A stretch of DNA of 64,000 nucleotides from a virus, in the IMG/VR virus record IMGVR_UViG_3300020442_002364, positions 19,428 through 83,427 of that record. One strand, 5' to 3'. The notes beneath the pieces are model-generated. The model saw only the letters and a list, made by a program, of their open reading frames with translations, did no database searches and was not told the DNA's origin. The translations under genes and the position numbers were made by a program. Below are positions 10,043-20,719 of the stretch, piece by piece; positions within the stretch are counted from its first letter, which is position 1; every line of letters begins with the position of its first letter.

Positions 10043-11707
10043 TCAGAAAGTGCCGCCATCGATCGTTGTAGTCCAAACAGGAATACCAGATGAATTGACG
10101 GTAAGAATTTGGAAGGAAGTTGTAGCGTCACTAGTGCCAGAAGCGGGAGTAACACTCAAAGCTCCTGAACCATTACCATATAAGATACCATTTGTAGTAA
10201 AGGTACTTTGTCCTGTACCACCATACTGAACTTCCAAGTCAGTATCAAGTTCCAGATCACCTAGAACTACGGTACCACGGTTCCCATTTACACCGAAGAC
10301 TGTATTGGTGTCTGTGGCATCTTCAATAAAAGTCCATGCACCTAGTCCATCGGCACCGCCCGTGCGGTCAAAACCAAAGAAACCGAACTTAGCAGATCCA
10401 CCTTCAAAGTAGTGAACTTTAACACCACGATCAAGAGCGTCATCTGCACCGCGAGTTACTGTTAAAGATGCTCCTTCAGCGAGACCTGCGCCTGTGAGGT
10501 TGGCACTTAAAGTAAGAGTCTTAGTACCAGTATTAATTGAACTGATAGTAACACCAGCACCGATGATGCCAGATACGGCAGCAACGGCGTCACCTGCTTG
10601 AAGACCATCCAGCTTGTCAACTACGACATCTGCTTGTCCTGCTGCAGCAACAGCTTCAACATTGAGGACTGTTGTTGGATCTCCTAACTCGATGGTAGGA
10701 TCGTTAACTGACATATTTGCCGAGTTAACAGTTGTCGTAGTACCATCAATCTGAAGATCACCCTTGATAATAACCAAACCAGAGGCATCGCCACCTGCAG
10801 GATCAGGATCAAGGATCATCTCAGTACCAGAAGTGGTAGAGATTACATTACCATCAAGCTTCAGTGAGTCGATAGTAATCTCACCAGTCTGAGCGGTATT
10901 ACCTGTGATTGTAGTTTGACCGTTAAAAGTTACTCCGTTAGCAAACGTAGTTGTTGAATTAACAGTCAGAGTATCTGAACTTGCATCACCAATGGTAGCG
11001 TCTCCTTCAACAAGAAGAGCTCCTGTGGAAGTTTGACCTGCAACACCGACACCACCAGCAACGGTGAAAGCACCTGTGGTGGAGTTGGTGGAAGCTGTAA
11101 CGTCAGATAACTTAAGTGCGACTCCATTATCGTATTCCCAATCTGCCCCATCAACTCTTACTTTATCTAGAGTTGCTTCGTCGTAACGAATGCCTCCATC
11201 TTTATTATTACCAAAGTAGATACGCATGTCATCAGCAACACGCAGGTCGGGGGTGCCTGCTACACGCTTGATGTCTAATGTGCCATCTGCATCAGTATAT
11301 ACAAGTTCTACATCTCCAGTCGTACCAAACTCAAGTTCTTGTCCATCTTCAATTACAAGCTTACCTGTTCCGTTAGCTCGGAAAATAAGATCGGTATCTG
11401 TAGTGGAAGTTGTGATGACATTTGCATTTAAATTGATGTCATCGACATTCCAATTGTCGATTTTGCTGTTGCTATCGACAAGTACAGCAGAACTCGCTGT
11501 TAAGGTACCATGAACATGATCCAACAGATCTGTAAAGTACCTACCACCAACAACCTGGGCAGCACCATTATTGTCACCGACGAATAAACGGTCACCCTGG
11601 TTTGCTTGAGTACCAGTACCACTTTGAGTTACGGCTAATTCGCCGTATGTAATAGTACCTGGCGCTGTCGTGCCTGTACTTCTTTTAATAAGGATGGATG
11701 ATGCCAT
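10043..11707 (-). CDS. Tail fibre protein (554 aa)
   Basis: MASSILIKRSTGTTAPG..YGELAV N-terminus; GDLQIDGTTTTVNS and C-terminal IDGGTF motifs typical of cyanophage fibres. Confidence 0.8.
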   Translation of the reverse strand: MASSILIKRSTGTTAPGTITYGELAVTQSGTGTQANQGDRLFVGDNNGAAQVVGGRYFTDLLDHVHGTLTASSAVLVDSNSKIDNWNVDDINLNANVITTSTTDTDLIFRANGTGKLVIEDGQELEFGTTGDVELVYTDADGTLDIKRVAGTPDLRVADDMRIYFGNNKDGGIRYDEATLDKVRVDGADWEYDNGVALKLSDVTASTNSTTGAFTVAGGVGVAGQTSTGALLVEGDATIGDASSDTLTVNSTTTFANGVTFNGQTTITGNTAQTGEITIDSLKLDGNVISTTSGTEMILDPDPAGGDASGLVIIKGDLQIDGTTTTVNSANMSVNDPTIELGDPTTVLNVEAVAAAGQADVVVDKLDGLQAGDAVAAVSGIIGAGVTISSINTGTKTLTLSANLTGAGLAEGASLTVTRGADDALDRGVKVHYFEGGSAKFGFFGFDRTGGADGLGAWTFIEDATDTNTVFGVNGNRGTVVLGDLELDTDLEVQYGGTGQSTFTTNGILYGNGSGALSVTPASGTSDATTSFQILTVNSSGIPVWTTTIDGGTF

Positions 11708-11928
11708 CAGAACGAACCCCCGTTGATCGTGATGTTATTTAATACGTTAGTTGCGACGAACTTGCTATTTGTTTGGTCATAAACTAGAACTGACCCATCT
11801 TGCAATCCGCCTTGTGTGGTGTCGGTAAGATCGATATCCGATAACCCACCGATACTTCCTCCACCGCCTCCAGTAGCAACTCTCGTTACTCTAGGTACAG
11901 ATTGGTCTCCGAATCTTAATCGTGCCAT
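11707..11928 (-). CDS. Small fibre-associated structural protein (73 aa)
   Basis: LSDIDLT..LQDGSVLVYD..KF..INGGSF motif; stop/start coupled to its neighbours. Confidence 0.75.
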   Translation of the reverse strand: MARLRFGDQSVPRVTRVATGGGGGSIGGLSDIDLTDTTQGGLQDGSVLVYDQTNSKFVATNVLNNITINGGSF

Positions 11929-12266
11929 CAGATAGTAACCCCCTCAAGAACACTTACAGAACCTTCCAACACCCTTGATTTGACTCCAGTGCTAGAAGTA
12001 ATAACGACATCATATACGTATCTACCAGACTTCATTGCGGCAGTTACAGCATTCCCTAGAGAAAGTTGAATTTGTCCAGCTGTAGCAGGCGATAAAATCG
12101 CAGCAGTTACAGTAGTGGATGTACTACTTGTGTAGTGTTTCTTAATTAGGCAAGCAACACTATATCCAGTCAAGTTAAAAGCGGTCCCGTTATCGTTTTC
12201 TACAGTGAAATCGATATTAAAGTCAGAACCTTGATAAATCAATAAATTGGATACAGCAGAAGCCAT
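11928..12266 (-). CDS. Conserved structural protein, BppU N-terminal-like (112 aa)
   Basis: NLLIYQGSDF...FNLTGY...GRYVYDVVI...RVLEG motif. Confidence 0.75.
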   Translation of the reverse strand: MASAVSNLLIYQGSDFNIDFTVENDNGTAFNLTGYSVACLIKKHYTSSTSTTVTAAILSPATAGQIQLSLGNAVTAAMKSGRYVYDVVITSSTGVKSRVLEGSVSVLEGVTI

Positions 12267-12287
12267 GCTCTAAAGAATTCCTTCTAT

Positions 12288-12309
12288 TATTTAGCTCATT
12301 GGTATTTAT
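12288..12309 (-). promoter_or_regulatory. Two tandem late-promoter-like sites (GATAAATA and CTAAATA)
   Basis: TAAATA cores at 12303-12308 and 12288-12293, upstream of the ATG at 12266. Confidence 0.55.
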
Positions 12310-12527
12310 CGATCTTCAAGGAGACTTTTTACAAGACTCTTGAGTTCGTCTATCTCATCTCGCAGATCGTTCAAGGTACGATCTTTGCGTTTTGCTTCTT
12401 CTCTTGCCTGGATATATGCTTCATATCCAGTCTGATCCATATTCACAATTGCATTAGAATTTTTATCCCTGCCGAGGTTAGAATGCCCCTCGACAGGTAT
12501 CAATTCAACATAGTCTTCATTTGTCAT
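12306..12527 (-). CDS. Conserved cyanophage hypothetical protein (73 aa)
   Basis: IPVEGHSNLGRD..SNAIVN...EIDELKSLVKSLL; ATGA overlap with the VrlC-like gene. Confidence 0.75.
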   Translation of the reverse strand: MTNEDYVELIPVEGHSNLGRDKNSNAIVNMDQTGYEAYIQAREEAKRKDRTLNDLRDEIDELKSLVKSLLEDR

Positions 12528-15500
12528 GCTAAAGCAATAATTCTTAAATCTTTGACCCTAGGTATGTATGGTTGATTGTAACCGACTAAAGAAATTTTGA
12601 TTTGGAATGCATCAAAGTTTCCAAGATCGTCAACTGTAAATTCAAAATCTTCAAACTCTTCTGGATTATTCTGTGCGATGATTTCACCACTATCAGGTTT
12701 TCCATTTGTGTTAAAGAATTCAAAGTCGAGATCATCAACATTACCACCAAATCCAACAGGAACCATTTTATACATCACTCTAATGTTAGATTGAGTGAAG
12801 ATGTTTCCAGCAAGCATTACTTTAAGACCAGTAGCACCCTTATCAAGTCTAGCAAGTCTAGTGATGTAATTTGCTACGCATTCTCCACCAATAGTTTTCG
12901 ACGGTTCAATATTATTGTAAACGTTTCCAGTAGTAACGATAGAGCACTTTTCAAGATCAACTACAGGAGAAAGATTATCTCTTTCAGAAAGGAAATCAAT
13001 CTCCATAGTAAATGATTTTTCACTGTTCATTCTATTGATCTCATTCAACTCAGATGCAATCATCTTAGTTGCAGTGAAGTAATTGATTTCTCCAAGAGTT
13101 ACATCAGCGTAAGTAGTATCCTTGACAAAAGAAGTTTCAGCAGATACTCCAGATGGGAAAGGTCCACAGGAAGTTGCGCTAGTAGCGAGGACGCGAGCAA
13201 CTAAAGAAGTTTCTGGTTGCTGTTGATTCTGAATCTGTGGAGTAAGTACATCCCAAGGAATATTTTGAGAGACCGTAATGTTTGGACCACCTGCACTAAG
13301 AGACGAACCAGCATTTTTTCCAGTAATTCTTAAGTTATAGGAATGTGGACTGTTGATGCTAATAATTCCACCTGTAGTGCTGCTATGAGTTGTGTTAATC
13401 AGAGGTAATGGAATACCTGCAAGGTTAAAACACTCAACGACAGCATTGTCAAGGTGAGCTTTACCTGTGCCAGTTCCAGAACCGTTTGTCCAGCTTCTAC
13501 CAGTTACGGTTCCTGCTCCATGACCAACAACGTTAATGACATTTCCGTTAATTGCCTCATATGCAACAACTTCATCACCACTTCCATCTTCTTCTGCACC
13601 AAGAATTCTGATAAATCCTGGATTAGATGCACTAACAGCAGATCCACCAATGGTAGTGTGAATATCACTGGCATCATCAACAGTAATTTGAGATGCGGTA
13701 GTTCCAAATCCACCACCCATGTTAATTGCTGTGTCTGCAATTTCAGAAATTACACCATCAACCTTGACATAGTTGAGGTTGGATTGCATACCATGATTAG
13801 AATGGAATACTCTAATCTCATCACTTCCAGAGGTAAGTAAGAAAGAGTTTGGTAACAAGCGAAGGAATCCACCATTACCTTCTCCCAACTGTGCATTGTT
13901 AAGGACAAGTTTGGAGTTTGCAGATGTGGTTGGAAGAGTAAACTTACATCTGTAGATCTTAAACATCAGATCCTCAAATTGAGAAGGAGTCCAAGTAGAT
14001 GCGTTTTGAGACTTGAACAGAACACCGATATATGGTTGTTCAGAGATCTTCTCACCAGAGTGAGTAGCATCAATAGCGTCCTTACCTAAGATAGAAATGA
14101 ATGTCTTATAGTTGTTAGAGTCTGAAGTTAGAACTAACGCAAATTCCTGTCTGTATGGGATATAAACTGGAGATTCAAATGTAAACGTGGTTGGAGTAGA
14201 TGCGTCTTCAGAAATGAATACCTCTTCTGGTTCTTTGACAACTTTAGACAATGGAACGATAACTTGTGTTGGAGTTCCATTTACAACAGTTCTAATATCA
14301 AGAGATACTGGAATCTCAGAGTCTTTGCTTTGGAAGAACAAATCTACCTTACTGAGATATACACCACCTTCTAATCCAGACTCATCTACAAGGAAAGTCT
14401 GTGCAAGTGGGTCAATGAATCTTGTTTGTGTACTTGAAGATGTATTAACAAGAGTTCTTTCTTGTCTCATTTCTTCAGAAGTAACTCTTGCATTTCTTAC
14501 AGAAATGATAGTTTCTTGCTGAGTTTGGAGAATACCTGAAGAAGTGAATTCTGATTCTGCATTGGAATCAGACAATCCAGGAGTTCTGCTATCATCATTC
14601 TGGTCAGTGAGTCTAAAGAGTCTCGTTCCAGTCTTAAATTTCTGATTACCAGATACATTTGGATCGGCAATGAAGAAACTTCCTCTAAGTTTTCCAGCAC
14701 CGTCAGTAATCAAAGATTTATCATTTACTTTTGCAATGGCACCAGAAGTCTCTCCGACAAGATAGTCATTAAGTTTTGGAGAACCATAGTAAGTTCCTTT
14801 TGCTTGATCTGCAAGCGCCTTAGTATCAATATTGATAAATCCTAAGTTGGAAGTGTAATCACTGAGAGCAGTAATGCTTGCCCCGTCAAGAGGGTTAATT
14901 GTATTACCTTCATTTGGAGCAACTGCTTTTGCTTTGAATCTAAAGTTGCCGTTGGCATCCTTAACATAAACAGTCTCACCAATTTGGAAAGGAGTGCTGT
15001 TAGTCTTAGAATCAACTGAAGGATCTTTTACAAGTCCAATAATTTTTGGAGTAATATTTGCAGTTGATACAGCAATTCCGTCAAAGAAAGCAAAGAACTT
15101 AGTTCTAGGTTTGAGTTTCTTAACGTCAAACTCAATGTTTCTAGAACGCATAAAGTTGATGTGCTCTACAGAAACAACTCTATTACCTAAAGACTGTTGT
15201 TCAATGATAGGAGTTACTCTAAAGCGGATACCAGTTCTGGTTTGCCTTGTAGTTGTTGTAGTAGTTCTTGTAGTTCTAACTCTAATTCTTCTCTTTCCTT
15301 GTCTATCTCTATTTTCGGAAGTAGATGTAGAAGTTCCTGTCCAAGTTGTTTGCCAAGAATTCCATTGAATTGGTGCAAAACCATTCTGATCGGCATTGAA
15401 GTCACGAACAGTTGTAAGGAAGTTACCCTCTAAGGTTGGTCCTTTGATTGGAGAAAGTGATTTTGTATCTACCCAGTTGTCGGATTCTGGGAAGAGTGTA

Positions 15501-18500
15501 ACATCACCAATAAAAGTAAAGACGTTAAATGGGTTGACGTTCTCTACACCAGAAGCATAATCTTGCTGGAGTAACAGTTCATCTGTAAATGGTAGAGTTA
15601 CAAGACTACCAGTTTGTTTGATATTTGTAGAGGATGTTCCAAAAACAAGAGGAACCTGAGTGGTGTAGTGACTTGGACGTAATTCACCTGCTTCAAAATC
15701 AACAGAAACTCTATAGTCTGGATGTAAAGTGTCACTAGTGGCAAGACTTGCAAAGTTGTCAACGATAAATCCATTTTTAAATCTATCGAGACCACTGGTG
15801 TCTCTAATGGACATGTTTGCAGTCTCACTTTCAAGTAAAGAAAGTTGAGTATAATATTCTAAATTCTTGATTCTTTCATCAAGTTTTTGAATATCTCTAA
15901 ATGTATATCTTCTGAAGTTTGTCTCAACAATACTTACATCATCTTCAACATCAAATACGTATGGATTGTAAGTGATGGTAGCAAGGAGCATTGCATCATC
16001 GATATCTTCTGGTTGAACCAGAGACTCAGATGGGGATCCCTTTACAATTTGAATAACGTTATCTTTGTTGAGGAATACCTTGTCAATTCTTCCGAGGTAG
16101 TGCTCGTAACTAATAATTGTACTATCACTTCTTCCTGGAATACCAACTAAGTTTCCAGTAAAGGCACGATTGTTAAAATCAAACTTACCACCAGAGGTCA
16201 AAGTGAATGGTGATGTTCTAGAACCAGATCCACTAAGATTTGATGGAACAATTGGTCTATAGTCAATTGCATCACGGAGAGGCAGACCAAGGTAACTTGG
16301 AATCTCTTTATACTCTGATGCTGGATAGGAGTCTACTGTATAGAAACCAGTTCCACTTGTAGTTAAGAATCTATCAAAGATGACGATAATCTTATGTGTT
16401 GGTGCAGTAAAACCTGCTTTTCTTACAATTCTAGAATAGTCATAATATTGATCTCTTTGACCATCATCTAAAGTGTAAGTATCGGTAATGTCTTTAGATC
16501 CTAAAACAATAGAACCAGCTACAATAGTCAATGATGCATTTGGACCAGAAATAGTCTCAGCATCAGTAAACTTATCATCACCTACAGGGATGAAGTAAAC
16601 ATAGTTACTATCAATAGAAACTACTCTTGCTCTAGATCCTGAGATAGATCCAGTAATAATATCGTCAATTTGAAGAGATCCATTCAAATTAGTATACTGG
16701 AAACTTGGCAGAATTGGATCTTGGTCATCCTTAGATTCCAAGATCGCCTTAATTTTAATTACATCTGCACAACCTAAAGAAATCTCATTATCTTCGATTC
16801 TATAACCATAACCAGAAGCGTTGCTGGACAAACCGTTGATTGCAGAACCAGTAGTATCATCAATCTTAAGGATCTTCATCCTTTCGGTTGTCTTGACCTT
16901 TGCAGACCTATCACTTTGGAATACGGTAGCAATGACCTCAACACCAGTTACAGCGTTGTCTAAACCGCTTACAGTAACCGATGACTGAGTTCCTGCAGCA
17001 GCACTGAAGGTTGGAGATCCACCAGAGGTTACAATCGTTCCTGTTGGCATTGTTCCACCACCAGCAGTAACAATTACAAAGAAATCATCAGCATCAGTGG
17101 CATCTCTGAATGAAAGACCAGTGCCAGCAGTCAAACTGAAAGATCCAGAAGAAACACTAATACCAGTATAACTTTGTCTGAAGAATCCAGATGGAGCAAC
17201 TGTATTATTTTTATTTGTGTTCTTAATTGCTAATTGACCAATATCACTTAAGAGAACACGATTATTAGTATCCTTGATTTCTGGTCTGGTTCTTACTAAA
17301 GGACTAGTAATTGCAGAATTAGTAAGAGTGGTAGATCCAAGACGAGTAATATTAAAGCTAAAGTTATTAGTAATAGAAGTAACTTTTGCTTTATGACTTG
17401 CATTGTTATTAGAGAACTCGATAATATCATTGAGTCTCAATTGAGACACAAAGTTAGACAGGGTTGCTGTTACTGTAGCATTTCCTCCAGAAACTCCAGA
17501 GAGAATAGGACCAGATCCAGGTAAAGCAACTTTTACATCTAATTGAACATCAGCAGTAAATCCGCCACCAGCAAGTTGTTTTACATCACTGAAGTTATAT
17601 GCATATGCAGCGGTGCTTGTAGCAAAGGTGCTACCATCACTAGCAAGAAGAGTTTCTGCTTGTGCAAATGTACCAGTTACACCATAAACATAACCAGTTG
17701 TACCAGAACCAGTCGCAATGAAACCTTTAGCGCCAGAAGTCGCGCCAGTAATTTGGTTGCCCGCAGTCCAAGTTACACTATTGGTAGTTAACTTAGTGTA
17801 CAGAGTGGTGTCTGCAACATTTAATCTATAGATGGTATCACTAGTGTCTCTTGTACCATCCTCATAACTGAAACCATATACTCTAGTTTTACCGATAATG
17901 GTTCCGTTAGCTGAACCAGGAGTAGTGTTTTTCTCATCGCGCAACTCAATTGTCTCATAAAGAGATGGTGCTTGATGTGTATTACTAATAAGAATGTGGT
18001 TTCCAAAAGAAGCACTTAAAGACTGACTGTCTTTACCAATAAAAGTTCTTGGTTTATCTACATCCGTATAAGTTGCAGACTGTTTCTCAGTTCTAAATCC
18101 AGAGATATATGCAACACCAGCAGACAATTGAACTGCTACCTTATCTTCGGATGCAACATTACCATTAGCGGTTGTTGCTCCAACGTCATATACACCATTA
18201 TTAAATCCATCGTTGAGGTTTTCTCTTACATCAACATCAAATTTTTTGACGTAATAGTCACCAGACTCTTCTCTAGTTCTGTTTGCCAGAACCTGATTGA
18301 TAAATCCAAGATCACTTCTTACGACCTTTTTCTTAATAGCTCCAGTATCAGTTCTAAGAAGTTCAATAAAGTCAGCAGAGTTAGGATCTGTGACATTCTT
18401 CTTGACCAGAGTCAGATTAATCTTGAATCTATCTGCACCAGGAGCGGAGAAGTTAGTGCTTCCGATAGCATTATCGTAGAGAGTTTCATCTTCATCTGCA

Positions 18501-19180
18501 GTGATGAGTCTCTCTTCTACTTTTAAACCAACTTTATATGTTGGTGTAGTTCCATACTGATCAAGAATAAGAGTTTGTTCTAGAACAGGTACAAAGTAAC
18601 CCCTTACAAAATAGATACCAGCGCCAATGTTAGCAGTAGAACCAGTAGAACTTGAGTTTGAGTTAAGAAGTTGTGCTAATGGTGTTCCTGCAGAAATAGT
18701 TGTAGACTGATATGTAATATCTTCTTCACAAGTCAGAACTTCACCATTAGTGAATGTTGTAGTAGTATTATCGCTTGCTTTTTGTAAATACGTTACATAA
18801 AACGTAATATTGTTTCTTTCTGAAGTAGCAGCAGAAATAGAGAATGAAACTCTAGCACGAACGCCAGATGTAGCGCCTTTAATAACTTTTCCGTCAATGG
18901 CAGCACGATATAACTCAACATCAAGGTTGAGGTATGTGTTCTGAATTAAGACTGCAGGAAAATCGTTATTAAGAGTAATTCCACCAGGAACTACTACAGA
19001 TCCTTCCTTGTATACACCTTGACCAAACGTGTCAATCTGATTCTGCAGAATACTCTGCAGAGTCGTCAGTTCTCTAGCTTGAACTGGATACCCTGGCTTA
19101 AAAAGAACTTTTAGAAACCCCTTATCCGAGTCAAAGTCGTCAAAATAAGGGGCGATGTTCAGGTTGGTATTCTGTGCCAT
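12524..19180 (-). CDS. vrlC: VrlC-like (DUF4815) baseplate-associated structural protein (2218 aa)
   Basis: MAQNTNLNIAPYFDDFD...VLFKPGYPVQARELTTLQSILQNQI; APGADR; RIKNLEYYTQLSLLE; DPLAQTF; PRVKDLRIIALA. Confidence 0.9.
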   Translation of the reverse strand: MAQNTNLNIAPYFDDFDSDKGFLKVLFKPGYPVQARELTTLQSILQNQIDTFGQGVYKEGSVVVPGGITLNNDFPAVLIQNTYLNLDVELYRAAIDGKVIKGATSGVRARVSFSISAATSERNNITFYVTYLQKASDNTTTTFTNGEVLTCEEDITYQSTTISAGTPLAQLLNSNSSSTGSTANIGAGIYFVRGYFVPVLEQTLILDQYGTTPTYKVGLKVEERLITADEDETLYDNAIGSTNFSAPGADRFKINLTLVKKNVTDPNSADFIELLRTDTGAIKKKVVRSDLGFINQVLANRTREESGDYYVKKFDVDVRENLNDGFNNGVYDVGATTANGNVASEDKVAVQLSAGVAYISGFRTEKQSATYTDVDKPRTFIGKDSQSLSASFGNHILISNTHQAPSLYETIELRDEKNTTPGSANGTIIGKTRVYGFSYEDGTRDTSDTIYRLNVADTTLYTKLTTNSVTWTAGNQITGATSGAKGFIATGSGTTGYVYGVTGTFAQAETLLASDGSTFATSTAAYAYNFSDVKQLAGGGFTADVQLDVKVALPGSGPILSGVSGGNATVTATLSNFVSQLRLNDIIEFSNNNASHKAKVTSITNNFSFNITRLGSTTLTNSAITSPLVRTRPEIKDTNNRVLLSDIGQLAIKNTNKNNTVAPSGFFRQSYTGISVSSGSFSLTAGTGLSFRDATDADDFFVIVTAGGGTMPTGTIVTSGGSPTFSAAAGTQSSVTVSGLDNAVTGVEVIATVFQSDRSAKVKTTERMKILKIDDTTGSAINGLSSNASGYGYRIEDNEISLGCADVIKIKAILESKDDQDPILPSFQYTNLNGSLQIDDIITGSISGSRARVVSIDSNYVYFIPVGDDKFTDAETISGPNASLTIVAGSIVLGSKDITDTYTLDDGQRDQYYDYSRIVRKAGFTAPTHKIIVIFDRFLTTSGTGFYTVDSYPASEYKEIPSYLGLPLRDAIDYRPIVPSNLSGSGSRTSPFTLTSGGKFDFNNRAFTGNLVGIPGRSDSTIISYEHYLGRIDKVFLNKDNVIQIVKGSPSESLVQPEDIDDAMLLATITYNPYVFDVEDDVSIVETNFRRYTFRDIQKLDERIKNLEYYTQLSLLESETANMSIRDTSGLDRFKNGFIVDNFASLATSDTLHPDYRVSVDFEAGELRPSHYTTQVPLVFGTSSTNIKQTGSLVTLPFTDELLLQQDYASGVENVNPFNVFTFIGDVTLFPESDNWVDTKSLSPIKGPTLEGNFLTTVRDFNADQNGFAPIQWNSWQTTWTGTSTSTSENRDRQGKRRIRVRTTRTTTTTTRQTRTGIRFRVTPIIEQQSLGNRVVSVEHINFMRSRNIEFDVKKLKPRTKFFAFFDGIAVSTANITPKIIGLVKDPSVDSKTNSTPFQIGETVYVKDANGNFRFKAKAVAPNEGNTINPLDGASITALSDYTSNLGFINIDTKALADQAKGTYYGSPKLNDYLVGETSGAIAKVNDKSLITDGAGKLRGSFFIADPNVSGNQKFKTGTRLFRLTDQNDDSRTPGLSDSNAESEFTSSGILQTQQETIISVRNARVTSEEMRQERTLVNTSSSTQTRFIDPLAQTFLVDESGLEGGVYLSKVDLFFQSKDSEIPVSLDIRTVVNGTPTQVIVPLSKVVKEPEEVFISEDASTPTTFTFESPVYIPYRQEFALVLTSDSNNYKTFISILGKDAIDATHSGEKISEQPYIGVLFKSQNASTWTPSQFEDLMFKIYRCKFTLPTTSANSKLVLNNAQLGEGNGGFLRLLPNSFLLTSGSDEIRVFHSNHGMQSNLNYVKVDGVISEIADTAINMGGGFGTTASQITVDDASDIHTTIGGSAVSASNPGFIRILGAEEDGSGDEVVAYEAINGNVINVVGHGAGTVTGRSWTNGSGTGTGKAHLDNAVVECFNLAGIPLPLINTTHSSTTGGIISINSPHSYNLRITGKNAGSSLSAGGPNITVSQNIPWDVLTPQIQNQQQPETSLVARVLATSATSCGPFPSGVSAETSFVKDTTYADVTLGEINYFTATKMIASELNEINRMNSEKSFTMEIDFLSERDNLSPVVDLEKCSIVTTGNVYNNIEPSKTIGGECVANYITRLARLDKGATGLKVMLAGNIFTQSNIRVMYKMVPVGFGGNVDDLDFEFFNTNGKPDSGEIIAQNNPEEFEDFEFTVDDLGNFDAFQIKISLVGYNQPYIPRVKDLRIIALA

Positions 19181-20692
19181 TTAGAATTCTATTACTACTT
19201 TGAGCTCTTCATTTTGGTCTGCCGATCTGGTGATCGGATTCCTATTATCTATGTAGAGGACTTCTCCAGAGTTAATTTCAATTTCTTGGTTAGCATAACC
19301 ACCAATAAAGGAGAGACCTAATTCATAAACAGAAACACCAATGGTGATCTGTGATACTGGAATTGTACTTGTACCGAAAGTGGAGTCTGGGGTTGCAGTG
19401 ACGTTAGAATCCGATGTAATTTCATTAGCACCAGAAAACTCAACTACATTACCCTGATAGACGCCATCAGCAGAGTCTTGTACATACTTAAGTGTTTTTG
19501 TTGTTGAATTGTAAGAAACAACAAATCCCTTTGCATTCGTAGTTGTCTGTGTGATGATATCGCCAGGTGCAAAGTTTCCGCTAGGTGTTCCCGCTCCAGA
19601 TTGAGGGAACTTGATTGCTCTAGCAGAGGATCTAGTATTTTGATTTGCTACGGTTGTAGTATTGAAATCAAATGGATTCAGTACAAGACCAATTCTTCTA
19701 TATGTAAGGTCGCTTGGAAAATCAACAAAAGCGTTAGTTGTCTCTAACTTAGTAGAGAACATCAAACGATAAGATCCAAGTTCTCTTGCAGCGTCAGATC
19801 CATGACCTCCATTTGGAGGGATAACAACATCCAATGACGCCAATGTTCCACTACCTATGTTTGGAATCAGAGAAACATCTACAGTTCCAAATGTATAACC
19901 AGAACCAGCAGTGGTCATGATAACAGATGTAACAGACCCAGATACCACTGTAACTGTACAGAATGCTTGGGTTCCACCATTGATTTCCCAATCACCACGA
20001 ACAGGAACGTTTGTATATGTTCCGTTATTGTATCCAGTTCCAGCGTTTTCTACAACGATGGTATCAACAGAACCTTGACTGGCAGCGGATTTTACAAGTG
20101 TGTTTGTAAGAACTGGAATGAATTCAGAAGTAACAAATTTCAGAATGTTGTCAGCATCAATAGTATACATGTACTTCCATCTGTATGAGTACACGCCAGC
20201 ACTGTCACCAGTTTCAATAACCGTAGTGGATGTTCCTGTAGGTTCTACCAATGATGGACGACCCTTAGGGAAGTCTGGACTTTGACCGTTATACAGACAT
20301 TTGTATACATTAAACTCACTATTCATTACATAATAGTTTGAGTCAAATAATCTTGAAGATCCGTTAGAAGTTGTTTTTGATGGTGAATAATCTGGTTTGT
20401 ACATTGAATATACTTTTCCAGTTCCACCAGTAGTATTCACAGGATCAATCCAATCAATCCTAGGAACAACTAGAGCGGTATCTGCAATATCAATTCTTTT
20501 GAATGCCACAGAGTCTCTATATGAGTCTCGATGATACTCAAAACTGTCAATAGGCTCGTTAGCAGGAGGAGAATCTGGTGTTCCCCATGTTTTTGCGCGA
20601 CCAATGAACATGTACACTCTATTCGTACTGAGAAGAGTGTCCCTGAAACTTTCAGCGGCGTAAATTCTAAATTTATCAGTGACTAATGCCAT
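19181..20692 (-). CDS. gp8: Baseplate wedge subunit gp8
   Basis: FRIYAAESF, YYVMNSEFNVYKCLYN, YRWKYMYTI, SGEVLYIDNRNPITRSADQNEELKVVIEF. Confidence 0.92.
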   Translation of the reverse strand: MALVTDKFRIYAAESFRDTLLSTNRVYMFIGRAKTWGTPDSPPANEPIDSFEYHRDSYRDSVAFKRIDIADTALVVPRIDWIDPVNTTGGTGKVYSMYKPDYSPSKTTSNGSSRLFDSNYYVMNSEFNVYKCLYNGQSPDFPKGRPSLVEPTGTSTTVIETGDSAGVYSYRWKYMYTIDADNILKFVTSEFIPVLTNTLVKSAASQGSVDTIVVENAGTGYNNGTYTNVPVRGDWEINGGTQAFCTVTVVSGSVTSVIMTTAGSGYTFGTVDVSLIPNIGSGTLASLDVVIPPNGGHGSDAARELGSYRLMFSTKLETTNAFVDFPSDLTYRRIGLVLNPFDFNTTTVANQNTRSSARAIKFPQSGAGTPSGNFAPGDIITQTTTNAKGFVVSYNSTTKTLKYVQDSADGVYQGNVVEFSGANEITSDSNVTATPDSTFGTSTIPVSQITIGVSVYELGLSFIGGYANQEIEINSGEVLYIDNRNPITRSADQNEELKVVIEF

Positions 20693-20711
20693 GCCAATTG
20701 AGCTTTCTAGT

Positions 20712-20719
20712 TATTTATA
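20712..20719 (-). promoter_or_regulatory. T4-type late promoter TATAAATA
   Basis: Exact match upstream of the gp8 start. Confidence 0.8.

Noticed and set aside
2655-11707. Diversity-generating retroelement suggested by MTD-like fibre N-termini
   Set aside because: No reverse transcriptase and no template/variable repeat pair was seen in the window.
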